A DNA stretch of 64,000 nucleotides from assembly GCF_009914755.1 (NCBI RefSeq), contig NC_060927.1. The stretch is one strand, 5' to 3'. Position 1 is the first letter of the stretch. Every line of letters begins with the position of its first letter. Origin of the DNA: the human T2T-CHM13v2.0 reference genome, Homo sapiens. The notes beneath the pieces were generated by a model. That model saw only the letters and a list, made by a program, of their open reading frames with translations. It made no database searches and was not told the origin of the DNA. Of this stretch, positions 26,898 through 40,200 are shown piece after piece. A program made the translations under genes and the position numbers.

Positions 26898-27416
26898 TTT
26901 GATTTGGCATTACTATTGATTTGAAATAGAGTTTTGTTTATTTGTTTCATTGTTACAAAGAATAGGAAACACAACATAGAGGCTCCCCTCCTAGAATCAA
27001 ACTAACTTTAGCATATTATCAACAAATGCTTGCCTCTGAAAAAATACTATTCACTTCTTGTATTAATGAGACTTTATCCAATTTAATTTCATATATTGGA
27101 TGAGGTTAGGCATTCATTAGAACAAGTCATGACAGGCTAGCATTTGTATTTATTAATAGTATGGTAGATATTGATCTTTTTTTCTTCTGAACAACAGGCA
27201 TTCTATTTTCTAACTATTCTTTCCTCGTTTCATGTGATTTTGATGAGGCTATAAATCACAGGACCCTGCTCTTTCAGCTTAGTCTAATTTTGGCACAAAG
27301 TATGCATTTAATAACTGATAACAATTATTACTACTATTGTAATTATTACTATTATTGTAGTTATAGGTACTAATTGGGATTTGTTGAGAGTCCCATATTT
27401 GCTCTATGGAATAAAC

Positions 27417-27638
27417 CAAAAGTTGATCAACTCTTTCTGTAAAGGGCCAGATAGTCTATGTTTTGGGCTTTGAGGACATTATGTTCTCTGCCATAACCAC
27501 TTAACTCTGCCATTGTAACATAAAAGTAACCAGACAGTACATCAAAAAATGAATGTGGTTTTGTTCCAATAAAACTTTAGCTGTGAATATGGAGGTGGGT
27601 TTGATGTAATTTGAGGGCCATAGTTTGCCAAACCCCAG
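27417..27638 (+). mobile_element. MER58A (hAT-Charlie)
   Basis: TTTCTGTAAAGGGCCAGATAGT...AACTCTGCCATTGTA...TGTTCCAATAAAACTTT...GGGCCATAGTTTGCCAAACCCC. Confidence 0.85.
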
Positions 27639-27714
27639 AAAAAAGCATACAAAATTTACTGAATGCCAATCTGTACAAATGCATAGCTAGTGTGTTAATA
27701 CATAAATATGCATA

Positions 27715-28063
27715 CAGTCATTCATTATATAATAATTTAGTTCAATAATGGTCTGCATATACCATGGTGGTTCCATAAGGTTGTAATATCATATTATTAC
27801 TGTACATTTTTTATTTTGACATGTTTATATACATAAATACTTACCGTTGTGTTACAATTGCCTGCAGTATTTGGAACAATCACAAGCTATACAGGCTTAA
27901 AAGCGAAGAGCAATAGGCTCTATACCACATAGCCTAGGTGTGTAGTAGGCTATATCATGCAGGTATACATAGAGCATAAGTACATTCTATGATGTTCACA
28001 CAACAAATCACCTAAGGACTCATTTCTCAGAACATTTCCCTGTCATTAAGTGATGCATGACTA
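27715..28063 (+). mobile_element. Tigger3a/MER7-like TcMar MITE
   Basis: TA|CAGTCAT ... ATTAAGTGATGCATGACT TIRs. Internal CATAGCCTAGGTGTGTAGTAGGCTATA. Confidence 0.85.
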
Positions 28064-28202
28064 CACACGTACCTGAAACTATAAATAACTTTGAAGCATA
28101 AATAGTTGGTTGCTTTCTGGTATTTAAAATCAAGCCTACTTTTTAGGCTAAGTGATAGAAGAATAAGAAAATGCTGATTCCTTTCAATGTTTCTTTTGCT
28201 TT

Positions 28203-28542
28203 CATTATGAACTGAATGCTTGTATGCCCCCAACATTTACATGTTAAAGCCTGATTCCCAATGTGATGGCATTTGGAGGTAGATCCTTTACAGGTAATTA
28301 GGTCATGAGAGTGGAGCACTCATTAGTGGTATTAGTGCCCTTATAAGAAGACACAGGATAGAGTGTGCTTCCTCTTTATCTTTTTCCACCATGTGAGGAA
28401 GCCGTGGAAGAAGGTGATCATCAGAACCTAACCATGCTGACACCCTGCTTTCAGAATTTCAGCCTCCAGAACTGTAAGAAATACATTTCTGTTGTTTAAG
28501 CCACCCAGTAATTCGTTATAGCAGCCTGAACCAACTAAGTCA
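28203..28542 (+). mobile_element. MaLR solo LTR, MLT1A-like
   Basis: ATTAGTGCCCTTATAAGAAGA...CAGCCTCCAGAACTGTAAGAAATACATTTCTGTTGTTTAAGCCACCCAG. GCTTT is duplicated on both sides. Confidence 0.85.
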
Positions 28543-29774
28543 GCTTTCATTATTTGTTTCTTTATGATTTGCTGATCTTGTTTTGTGCTTCACAAAGATC
28601 CACATAAAACGTCGATCCCCCCAGTAGTTCACTTGCAGTTGGTCAATTTCCTGCAGCAGAGCTAATCAACTCATTGCAGACTCTCCTTGCCTTTCTATTC
28701 TAGCTGATCTAAGTTTGATCTGTAAAGTATAGTTTCTATGTCAACTTTAATTTTGCTATGCACTTTTTCCATGTCTTTAAAACTACATAAACACATGTAA
28801 TATTTAAACACTGTGGTCTATTCTAATCTATGAAAAGCCTATTATTCTGTTCCATTTTTCAAAATACATTTCTCAATTACAATGATGCTATAAGTTTTAT
28901 AAACTCCCTTTTATTAGGCAAGGAAAAAATGCCCCTCTTCTAGATAGAGGGCCTCCAAGTTAATTCATCAGCAGTAAACATTTTTTTTCCTATGGTTAAA
29001 TTGATGTATTCACTGCTCCGTCCTTTCTTACTTCTCAACATTAACCCTCCAACAACCTGGATTTTCCTGTGGTCTCTGAAGAATTTTCTGCTAAATAATG
29101 TATCCATCACTACTTTTGACTTATAATTTCTATTTTAATAAAAAAAGATTGATTTTTTAAAATTAAAATATTTTATTCTTAATAAATATTAAAAGACTGT
29201 TACTGTTAAAATACATTGATTCTATATATATTTTTTCTCTATCCTTCCTTTGAACGACGCTCAAGGCATTTCTTCCATTATGCCTACAGACCTGTGTTAT
29301 AACACATTCTTTGCCAATCCTTGAAATAAATGCTTAGCAAGGTAATCTTTTAGTTGTATCAGGAGGAAAAGCTATTTGCTTTCTGTCATCACAGACCAAT
29401 CACAGGTCCTGTTTCAACTTCATTTATTAATATTGAGTCAGGTATGCTGCTCAGATTCCTTTGTATATGCTAAACTGTCTCCACAAATTGGTGTTTAATG
29501 TCTACAAGAAAAAAAAAAGAGTGGCTATATTTGTAGCAAAAGGTAAACTCATTGATTTTCATCTCCAGAAGCAATACAAGGATGATTTATTTCCTTGAGA
29601 GATAATTTCTTATATGTATAGTAATCAAGGATAGCAACACAAATGAAAATGTAATTATGAGTACTGCATACCATATTGGTTTTTTTCTTCTATTTCTTCT
29701 GTTTTTGTTAATTGTCAAAGCCAAGAGTATGTCAAGCTGAGAAAATGTCATTAATGAGGATATAGATTAAATGG

Positions 29775-30055
29775 TCTGTGGGTAATTAATGATGACTGCA
29801 ATGTCTTTCTCACTTTCTGCATAAAAGATGGGGTTTATTGCTTCTCTCTTTGAACCTGGGTTAGCTCTGTGACTGCTTCATCAGTAAAATGTGGTAGAAA
29901 TGACTTGGTGACAGCTGAAAGTTTACATTTTAAGCAGAGTCTGCTCCCATTTCCTATTGCTTGGAGTGCTTGCTCTGGGGAAAACTAGATGCCCTGTAAG
30001 ATGTGTGAATATTTGGAACTCGACACGCTATGAGGACTCCAAGCCGGCCATGTTG
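29775..30055 (+). mobile_element. MaLR LTR 5' fragment, MLT1F/G/H-like
   Basis: CTTTGAACCTGGGTTAGCTCTGTGACTGCTT...ATGTGGTAGAAATGAC...GCTCTGGGGAAAA. Confidence 0.65.
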
Positions 30056-30144
30056 CAACATCATTTAAACACTATGCATATTGAATTCAGTAGGTTCTTC
30101 ACACAGATGCTATCTTTAAAAAAAAAACAAATGTAGTTTAACAA

Positions 30145-30360
30145 TTTATTTATTTGTTTTTGTCAATTCTTACAGCAAACATTTGTAGAATATAGTTAAG
30201 GATACAGAGATAAAAGATAACATTTTTATCCACAAGGAATGCTTATTGTATTCTGTGAGACAGAAAAGTAAACACACAAAATTTAAAAAGTATTATAGGT
30301 AATAAGGCAGAAAAAGGTACAATGTACAAGTTTGGATGCTAAGAAAGAAATACTACTTCT
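30145..30360 (-). mobile_element. L2 3' end fragment
   Basis: CAGCAAACATTTGT...GGATACAGAGATAAAAGA...CACAAGGAATGCTTA. Confidence 0.5.
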
Positions 30361-31454
30361 ATCCGGAGGCATGGTATCTAGTATGCTCTTTGTGTATAAT
30401 AACAATATATTATTATATGTTTTATATGCATTTTTATTAATAATGGTAATGGCAACTCTCCATTATTGAGCACAAATCATGTGCCAAGCATTATGCAAGT
30501 GAGCTACTATTCTGCTTCTACCTGAGAAAGGAGCAAGAAATTAGAAATAACATGTTTCTAAAAATTTCCAATCCAAATTGATCATCTCAAAATAGTATGG
30601 CACTTAGGTCAATCAATTTCTTGGGAAAAGAAGCTAACTAGATTATAAAATGGGATCCCTCCTCAAAAGGCAGCTCATTCATGATAACTCTCTAAATGGT
30701 TGTATGAAAAGATAAAAATAATTAAGTTTCATCCTGGACCTTTTGATGCTAACATTAAAAGGACAGCACTGTCTTCTCACAAAAATCCCTTATTTTTCTT
30801 CTTACCAATAGAAATCCATGATGAGTGAGCTTGTCTCATTGTGGCAATTCCTATAATAACAGATAACAACTAGTAACAAATGTCTCTGAGTCAAATCTCT
30901 CTTCTGACCAGCCACACTGAATGAGATAATTTGTCATTTCAATTTAAGTGTTTGTGTGATGATGAGAATACTGAAAATGTGACTTTTAAAGCACTTGATG
31001 ATACTTTGAATTCTTTAGTTTTTGTAGTTTTGGTCCAAATTTGCTTGCTTTATTTCCTCATAGGTAATGAAAATATAAATCCTTAGCCTAACACTTTTGC
31101 AAATTATTTCAAAATGAGAATAAATGAAGTTTAAATTCATTGTGTCTTACTCAAATTGTTTTTACTCATATGGTTGAGTTTCAAATTCACCAGCTGCACA
31201 ACCTCATGCCAGTCATTTGTTTCCCTCACATATGCCTGTGAAGATCAAAGGTTATAGTTCTTGCTTGTGGTTTTCAAAATCAGTTTTGCTGAGAAAACTG
31301 ATCTCTAAATCAATGCTTAGTCAGAAGCCAAATACGTAAAGCACATAACCTCAGGGTTACTTGAAGGATCTCTAATCAATGGAGATAGGATATGATGAAA
31401 TTGGACACGAATGTGTTAGATAGCATATTAGTTGTGGATGTTACACAAAGAAGC

Positions 31455-31595
31455 ACTCTCCTCAAATAAGTTTGAGACACTCAGTGATAAGGAAGTTACA
31501 CAGTTTCTTTATTGCAGTACTTCTCCAAGACCTAGTTATGCTGATGTGAATTGTTATTCTGTGGTGAAGGGTAGTATTTCTCAAAGTTAGGCAAC
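31455..31595 (-). mobile_element. hAT-Charlie (Charlie4-like) fragment
   Basis: TCAAATAAGTTTGAGACAC...GTTTCTTTATTGCAGTACTTCTC, the antisense counterpart of the 8710-8940 motif. Confidence 0.5.
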
Positions 31596-32194
31596 AAATC
31601 ATTGAACTTTAAGAAAGACAGAAGTGTATTTTATGTACTATTTTATCCTCAATGCTTCCCATAATATCTGACACATAAGTGATATCAATAAACAACATTT
31701 GACTGAATTTAAATAATCCATGAGATTTGGTTTCTGTGCCACTCACTACTGAGTAGCTTTTTGTTTTGAAGAACGTAGTCTTTTCTCTCTGTTATTATTT
31801 TTGTAATGTGAGAGATGTCTACAAACACAAGAACCAACTGAGCACAAAACAAATAAACAAAAGCTCTGAATCTATAACTAATTGAACCACTGAAATTTTT
31901 CATCTAAACTTTCCTTACATTCTGACATCCAGAAAAGAATTTCTGCTCAAATGGGCAAGTCATAAAGACAAATACTTTTAACTGTCTTGGTGTTTCACCC
32001 CATTTGTTTTATTATCTCTTACTTCTTTTTATGTAAGTTATATTTAGTAGACATTTGTCCACTATTAATGGACTTCTTTCTAGAGGTGGCATTATGTTGA
32101 ATTTAATTTTTTAAGGTCATTGCAAGTAAATGAAAAATTTCTGTCTATTATGGTCATTACTATTGAAAATAGATGTGGGAGAATATTCTGTTTA

Positions 32195-32435
32195 TCATTA
32201 CTGGGAAGATATGTACCAGGTACTGTTCTAAATTTAGTACATTTTTCAAAATATCTAACTTTATTTAATTTTCCTAAAATTGCATGAGATGGATATTACC
32301 GTCTTCATTTTCTCAACGAGAAAGAACTTGAGGATCTGAAACATTGAGGAATTTTTCTAAGAACAAATAGCTGTGAAATTACAGAGTTGAGGTGAGGACT
32401 TAATTTTACCCTGACTCCAAATCATATACTCTTAA
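32195..32435 (-). mobile_element. MIR SINE
   Basis: TATGTACCAGGTACTGTTCTAA...ATTACCGTCTTCATTTT...CTGACTCCAAA. Confidence 0.65.
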
Positions 32436-33381
32436 ATAATAAATAATAGAAATTTGAAATACAAAAATCAGTTTCTCTCTCCTTCTGGTTTCCTCATTTT
32501 ATTCTGAGACATCAAGGGAAAGAAGAAAATATCTTCTATGTTAAAACCCCTCACCTCAACGTGAATTTGTACACTATTCCAGTTTTATTCCCAAAGTGAT
32601 TGATGAGTTCAAACAGACAGAGGTGAGGGATTGGAATATTAATATCAAAGATCTCAAACGATTTTCTCTCTCCTATGACAGTATTGAATGAGCTTAAACT
32701 AATGTTAGCATCAAGATCTTCAAAACATCATTCATCGTGGGGAAAAGGGAATCAATACTAACATCAGGATCTTCCCTCTTACTTAAAGCTTTAATTCACT
32801 TCTATGTTCCACTTATATAACCCCAAACAGCCAATACATTTCATTTTATAATATTGCCTATGAATTTTACATATTTATTTTGTGTTATTTCATTAGTCAC
32901 TGCATGCATGCCTCTGTCCCTTCAACAAATGTTTATTGAGGACCTATTACATGTCAGCACTGTTGTAGGCTCTGGGATGCATCAGAGAACAAAACAAACA
33001 ACAATCCCTGATGTAACGGAGCTTGCATTTTAATGAGGAAAATAGACTATAAATAAAATAAATAAGTTAAATCAATAGCATATGAGAATATTATAAGTGG
33101 GGGGAAATCACTCAGAGAAGGCAGAGAAGGAGTTTTGGGAAGTAGGGGTGAATTTTAAATTGAGCATTCAGAAAAAGACTCACTGAAAAGATGAAATTTG
33201 AGCAAATGCATGAAAGAGATGCAGAAATGAGCCAGCTGGATATCTGAAGGAAAAGCATGCTAGGCAGAGGGAACAGCAAGGTGGCACATATGCTAAACTA
33301 TACGGTGAGGAACAGAGTACTAGAGAGATGAATTCACAGAGCAAATAGGGGAGCAGGGTGTGTGTGTTCAAAACTGCAGAC

Positions 33382-33582
33382 CAGGGGTTAGTAAACTTGC
33401 CTTCTAAGGGGCCAGATTATAAACAGGTTCAGCTTTGCAGGCCACATTATCTCTGTCACAACTACTCAACTTTGGCATTATAATACAAAAGCCATCATTG
33501 TATGTAAACCAATACATGTGACTGTTCTAATCCAACTTGATTTTAAAAAGCAAGCAGTGGTCAAATTTGCTACAATTTCCCA
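33382..33582 (+). mobile_element. MER58A (hAT-Charlie)
   Basis: CAGGGGTTAGTAAACT...GCTTTGCAGGCCA...CTCTGTCACAACTACTCAACT. 8-bp TSD CTGCAGAC/TTGCAGAC. Confidence 0.85.
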
Positions 33583-33630
33583 TTGCAGACCATTGAGAAA
33601 ATTTTGGCTTTTGCTTTAATTGAGATGAAG

Positions 33631-34169
33631 TGTAGGGTAGTTTTAAAAAAACTGTGGCATATTCTTTAGATTTCTTCCCATTGAGAGGTGTCTCTACATC
33701 TTGCCTTCATTTTGGCTGGACTTATGACTTCTTCTACACATGTACTATGGTAGAAATGATGCTATGCGACCTCTAAGCCTAGTTAATAAAAAAGCATACA
33801 ACTTCCACTGTTTTCTTTGTATCCTCCCTCTAGAGAAAACCAACTACCATGTAAGTATATGGCTACCTTGAGGCCACTGAATTGGAGAAACCACATTGAA
33901 AAATCTCACAAGTAGGACAGGAGATGCCAGATAAATCCCAGCTGTTCCAGCCTTCACGTAGTTGTGTCATGCAAACCTGTGATTGTGGAAGGCATAAAGA
34001 TGACTTCAGCCTCGACCTCCATCTGACTACAATCACATGACAGATCCCAAACCAACACAACCCAGCTGAGTCTAGTTGGTTCCCAGGACCTTGAGCGGAG
34101 TGATACATATTTTTTTAAGCCAGTCTGTTTTGGAATTGTGTCTTACACATACCCAGGTAACTGAAATCA
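33631..34169 (+). mobile_element. MaLR solo LTR, MLT1G/H-like
   Basis: TGTAG start, CCCATTGAGAGGTG...CCATCTGACTACAA...CCCAGCTGAG...GGTAACTGAAATCA end. Confidence 0.75.
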
Positions 34170-35111
34170 GCACTCTTTAAAGTATTTTGAGAAAAGGAAT
34201 TATGCAGCATTAATCTTGTGTTTTAACAGGATTTCTCTGGCTTTGTGGGTGGCAAAAAGGAATCAGGGAGACTATTTTAATAATCCAGACAAAAGAGTTT
34301 AGTGGGTTGGACCAGAATCATAGCAGGGAGGACCAAGAAAAAGGGTAGGATTTTGTTTAACTGTATTTTGAAGGTACAGGTAACTGCTTTACCTGATAAA
34401 TTACATGTAGAATACAAGACAAAGGGTTGAATGAAGGTGTCTCCAAGAGTTTTTAGCATGTGGCAGAATGTAGCTGTCATTTACTGAGTTGGAAGAATAT
34501 GAGAGATGCTGATTTGAAGGTGAAAAATCAGGACCTGAGTTTTGGACTTGTTATTTTCTACATGGTTATTCAACATCCAAATGGAGAAAGCAAAGGGGCA
34601 AATATGTATGAGTCTAGCTTTTCTAGCAGAGGTCTTATCTGGAGATATATGTGGATGCTGCCAGCCTCTAGAAAATACTGAGTTACTAAAGCACAAACGG
34701 GGAAGAGAAATACCAAGAGCTTGAGGCACTTACATTTTAAGAGGGCAGGGAGATAAGGTAGGATTATCAAGAGTGTTCAAGAGAAAAGGGCCAGAGAGGT
34801 AGGAGAAAAGTTAAGAGAAAGTGATGTCCAAGGAAGCCAAGTGGAAACAGTACTGATGCATGAACCAAGGCAGGCATTTATTATGAAACTGAGCATCCAG
34901 AAAACAGGGTGAATATTTAATACCTGTTTTGTCTTCATTTATGAAATCATGACAAACAGCGTTCATATCTTGAGTCCATTCTATATGCAAGTACAAGTAA
35001 AACCTTAGCAAGTATTCTCAATTACAAGTGCAATTTTAGATATTGATGAAGGATGGGCAAGAATTTGGAACAATTTGCTAGGGATGATATAAAATTGTAA
35101 TAAATAAAAAG

Positions 35112-35480
35112 TGTTACTTTTTGGCTGTGTCCCCACCCAAACCTCCTCTTGAATTGTAATACCGGTAATCCTCACGTGTGGTTGGAGGAATCTGATGGGA
35201 GACGATTGGATCGTAGAGGTGGTTTCCCCTATGCTGTTCTCGTGATAGTGAGTGAATTGTCATGAGATCTGATGGCTTTATAAGGCAGTTTTCCCTGCTT
35301 TTGCTCATGTTCCCTCACCTGCCACCATGTAAGATGTGCTTGCTTCTCCTTCTGCCATGATTGTAAGTTTCCTGAGGCCTCCCCAGCCATGTGGAACTGT
35401 GAGTCAATTAAACCTCTTTTCTTTGTAAATTATCCAGTCTTGGGTAGTATCGTTTAGCAGTGTGAGAATGGACTAAAACA
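35112..35480 (+). mobile_element. MaLR solo LTR, THE1D-like
   Basis: TTGGCTGTGTCCCCACCCAAA...CATGAGATCTGATGG...GTAAGTTTCCTGAGGCCTCCCCAGCCATG...GGACTAAAACA. TSD-like AAAAG/AGAAG. Confidence 0.9.
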
Positions 35481-36559
35481 AGAAGGAAGATTGAGACAAC
35501 ATGCTTTGGCCTCTTCTCTGTTTGTTGAACATCCTGGGGAATCCACCACCATAATATCTCTTCTGTTTTAACTGAAGACTTTTGTGCAGGACACTGAATT
35601 CGCACCAATCTTTATGTTCATATTGACAACTCAGTGATTAATAGGGATACCCTAATTTGTTTCATATGCTACATGGTCACAAATTTAGATATGTAAGCTG
35701 CAGAAATGAATTGGTTCAACCTTTCTGTAAACTGGGGCTTTATACAAGGAACAATTAAAATTTCTTTAGTTGGCTTTTCTCTGCACTATTTCCCCATTTG
35801 TCTATCTAAATCTAAACACAGATGCCATAGTCCTGTTATTCTACCCTTAACTGTGGTGATGCAAAATATAATGCAAAAGCTCAAAAATGATGCACAATAA
35901 TAGACATGCGCAACCAGCTTTGTAAACAAAAGTTTGCAGTGAGGTCCCCAAAGACTGGAAACTAAATGTTTCCTTTTCAAATGAACAGCTAATATGTCTC
36001 ACGGTTAGAATGTAAAACTTGCTTCATTACTCATTTAACGACCTGGGGAACTAAAACCATCCTTTCCTCTTCCAATGTTTGAAAGATAATTTTAAATTTT
36101 AAATTTCATGTTTTTCTCATTATTAAGGATTGATAATGGACCCAATGCATGGGAAAACTAATCTAACAAAAAATACATTGGAGGTGTCAAGGCAGTGTGT
36201 ATTAGTGGATGACACTTAAATGAGCTGCTAACAGGGCTCAGAAAGAACCTGACAGGCACCATGATTGATCTATTATTGGCCTAGGTGACATTATTGGATT
36301 TCAGAAATTTGAATTAAAAATTTCACCTAAAGAAAAAGAATAAGTTTGAATTCAGGCAGATAATTTAGTATAGTCATTATTTTAAAAAACTTGCTGAAGT
36401 GAGGCAGTGTCTACACAGTCAAGTAGGCTTTGGTAAATATTTTAAATATTGTGATTTTTACCTGCAATATATTTGTATACTGCAATGCCTTTGTACACCA
36501 CAGTTATATTTTAAATATACCATTTTAAGTTATTTTCGTTTGTGTGAATAATGTTGAAT

Positions 36560-39500
36560 ATCTGATTTCGTAGTTAACCTGGCCAGAGGCTTTTTTTTAA
36601 TTGAACTTTTCAAAAAATCATCTTCTGGTTTTGTTGATTTCTCTATTGATTTCCCATTTTTATTTCATTTATTTCTACTCTAATTTTAATTTATTTTCCT
36701 ATGCTTACTTTGGATTTAATTTGCTTTTGTTCTAGTTTTCTAAGGTGATTAATTTTTTTAATTTTAATAAGTTTTTGGGAAACAGGTGGTGTTTGGCTAC
36801 ATGAATAAATTCTTTATTGGCGATTTCTGAGATTTTGGTGAACCCATCACCCAAGCAGCGTACACTGTACCCAATATCTATGTAGTATTTTATCCCTCAA
36901 CCTCCTCGCACCCTTTCCCCCAAAATCCCCAAAGTCTGTTATATCATTCTTATGCCTTTGCATCATCATAGCTTAGCTCCCACTTATGAGTGAGAACATA
37001 TGATGTTTGGTTTTCCATTCCTGAGTTGCTTCACTTAGAATAACGGTATCCAATTCCAAGGTTGCTCAAATGTCATTATTTTGTTCCTTTGTATGGCTGA
37101 GTAGTATTTCATTATATATATATATATATTTTATATATATACACACATATATCGATATCACATTTTCTTTATCCACTGTTGATTGATGGCATTTGGGCTG
37201 GTTCCATATGTTTGCAATTGTGAATTGTGCTGCTATAAACATGTGTGTACAAGTATCTTTTTTGAATAATGACTTATTTACCTATGGGTAGATACCCAGG
37301 AGTAGGATTGCTGAATCAAATGATAGATCTACTTTCAATTCTTTAAGGAATCTCCACACAGTTTCCCATAGTGGTTGTACTAGTTTACATCCCCACTAAC
37401 AGTGTAAAAGTGTTCCCTTTTCATCAGATCCATGCCAATATCTATTTTTTTTTATTTTTTGATTATGACAATTCTTGCAGAAGTGAGGTGGTATCGCATT
37501 GTGATTCTGATTTGCATTTCCCTGATAATCGGTGATGTTGAGCATTTTTCATGTGTTTGTTGACCATTTGTATATCTTCTTTTGAGAATTATCTATTCAT
37601 GTCCTTAGCCCACTTTTTGATGCAATCGTTTGTTTTTTTTCTTGCTGATTTGCTTGAGTTCCTTGTAGATTCTGAATATTAGTCCTTTGACTGATGCACA
37701 GGTTGTGAATATTTTCTCCCACTCTGTGGGTTGCCTGTTTACTCTGCTGATCATTTCTTCTGCTGTGCAGAAGCTTTTTAGTTTAATCAATTCCCATCTA
37801 TTCATCTTTGTTTTTGTTGTGTTTGGTTTTGGGTTCCTGGTCATGAAGTGTTTTCTTAAGTCAATGTCTAGAAGGGTTTTTCCAATGTTATCTTCTAGAA
37901 TTTTTATGGTTTCAAGTCTTAGATTTAAATCTTTGATCCATCTTAATTTGATTTTTTTATAAGGTGAGAGGTGAGGATTCAGTTTCATTCTTCTACATGT
38001 GGCTTGCCAATTATCCTGGCAACCATTTGTTGAATAGGGTTCCTTTCCCTATTTTATGTTTTTGTTTGCTTTGTCAAAGATCAGTTGGCTGTAAGTATTT
38101 GGGTTTATTTCTGGGTTCTCTATTCTGTTCCATTGGTCTATATGCCTGTTTTTATACCAGTACCATGCCGTTTTGGTGACTATGGCCTGATAGTATAGTT
38201 TGAAATTAGGTAATGTAATGTCTCCAGATTTGTTCTTTTTCCTTAGTCTTGCTTTGGCCCTGTGGGCTTTTTTTTGGTTCCATGTGAATTTTAGGATTGT
38301 TTTTTCTAATTCTGTGAAGAATGATGGTGGTATTTTGATGGGAATTGCGTTAAATTTGTGGATTGCTTTTGGCATTATGGTCATTTTCACAATATTGATT
38401 CTACCCATCCATGAGCATGGTATGTATTTCCATTTGTTTGTGTTGTCTATGATTTCTGTCAACAGTGTTTTGCAGTTTTCCTTATAGAGGTCTATCACCT
38501 TCTTGGTTAAGTATATTACTAAATTTTTTTGTTGTTATATTTTTGTGGCATTTTGCAGCTACTGTTAAAGGGGTTGAGTTCTTGATTTGATTCTCAGCTT
38601 GGTTGCTGTTGGTGTATTTCAGCGCTACTGATTCGCGTACATTAATTTTGTATCCTGAAACTTTACTGAATTCATTTACCAGTTTTAGAAGCATTTTGGA
38701 TGAGTCTTTAAGGTTTTCTAGGTATAAGATCATATCATCAGCAAACAAGAACACTTTGACTTCCTTTTTACTGATTTGGATGCCCTTTATTTTTCTTTTG
38801 TCTGATTGCTCTGGCTAGGACTTCCAGTAGTATGTTGAATACAAGTGGTGAAAGTGGGCATCTTTGTCCTATTCCAGTTCTCACGGGGAATGCTTTCAAC
38901 TTTTCCCCATTAAGTATAATGTTGGCTGTGAGTTTGTTATAGATAAGGTGATTAATTTTAAATATTTCTTTTCTAATAAATGTATTCAATGCCATAAATT
39001 TCTCTCTAAGCACTGCTTTCGACACATCCCACAAACTTTGTAAGTTGTATTTTCATTTTCATTTAGTTCAAAATACTTATTTTGTTGTTGTTGAGATTTT
39101 TTCTTTAATCCACGTGTTCTTTAATAGTGTGTTCTTTAATCATAAGACAGTCAGTAGATGTCAGTTATATCCAGTTAATTGACGGTGCTGTGTTTACTCT
39201 TTTTTCTGTCTGCTTGATATGTCCATTTTTGATAGAGGGGTGTTGAAGTTACCAACTATGATAGTGGACTCATGTTTTTCTCCTTGCAGTTCTATTAGAT
39301 GTTGCCTCATGTTTTTGATGCTCCATTGTTAGGCATCTATACATTAAGGATTGTCATGTCTTTATAAGGAACTGACCCCTTTATCATTATGTAATACCCA
39401 TCTTTAGCCCTGATAACTTTCTTTGCTCTGAAGTCTAGTCTGTTTAAAATTAATATAGCTGTTCCCATTTTAAAAATTAGCATCAGCATAGTATATCTTT

Positions 39501-40200
39501 CAGTATGTGCTCCTATAGTTAATGCATGTTTCTTGTAGGCAACATACAATTGGGAAGGTTTTTTTAAATCCATTTTTACAATCTTTGCCTTTTAACTGAT
39601 ATATTTAGAACATTGATGTTTAAAGTAACTAATGATTTAGTTGAATTAATACCTATCATATTTGTTAGTTTTATATTTGTTACCCTTTTTCTTTGTTCTT
39701 AGTTTGTCTTCCACTATTTTACTGCCTTTCGTGGCTTTAATTGAGCATTTTGTATGATTCCATTTTCTCTCCCTTATTATTAGCATATCAGTTATGCTTC
39801 TTTTTTACATTTCTCAGTGGTTGCACTAGAGTTTCCAAGATACATTTATAACTAATTCAAATCCATGTTCAAACAACATTATACCACTTCACAGGTAGTG
39901 TGTGAGTACCTTAAAATAATAAAATAATCATAATTCTTCCCTCGTCACTTTTATCATTGCTATCATTCACTAATATATAAGCATATATAAGTGCTTATAT
40001 ATAAGCACTCATAAAATAACATAATAGTAGCATCAATATATTTTATTACATAATCACATGTGTAATAAAATGTATATATGTAATATATATGAAATTTATA
40101 TATATATTATATATAAAAGCATATGTAATAAAATGCATTGTTGCTACTATTTTGAGCACACTTCTATTTGTAGATCAATTAAGAATAAGAAAAATATTTT
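36560..40200 (-). mobile_element. Old L1M (MC/MD-like) ORF2 5' region hosting the L1PB1 insertion
   Basis: L1 ORF2 sequence runs continuously across the insertion. EN-like peptide DGYYIMIKGSVPYKDMTILNV (39337-39573) and [17 protein letters not shown] (~39034). Confidence 0.8.
36757..38943 (-). mobile_element. 5'-truncated L1PB1-like element with perfect 16-bp TSD
   Basis: L1PB 3' end GGGAAACAGGTGGTGTTTGG..., RT peptides LFADDMILYLEN and [38 protein letters not shown] at 36741-36756 and 38944-38959. Confidence 0.92.

Larger units (their letters stand above)
32915..34860 (-). mobile_element. L2a relic interrupted by MER58A and an MLT1 LTR
   Basis: TTCAACAAATGTTTATTGAG 3' end. Purine-rich L2 body on both sides of the inserts (GCAGAGGGAACAGCAAG; GAGTTTTGGACTTGTT). 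Confidence 0.8.
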
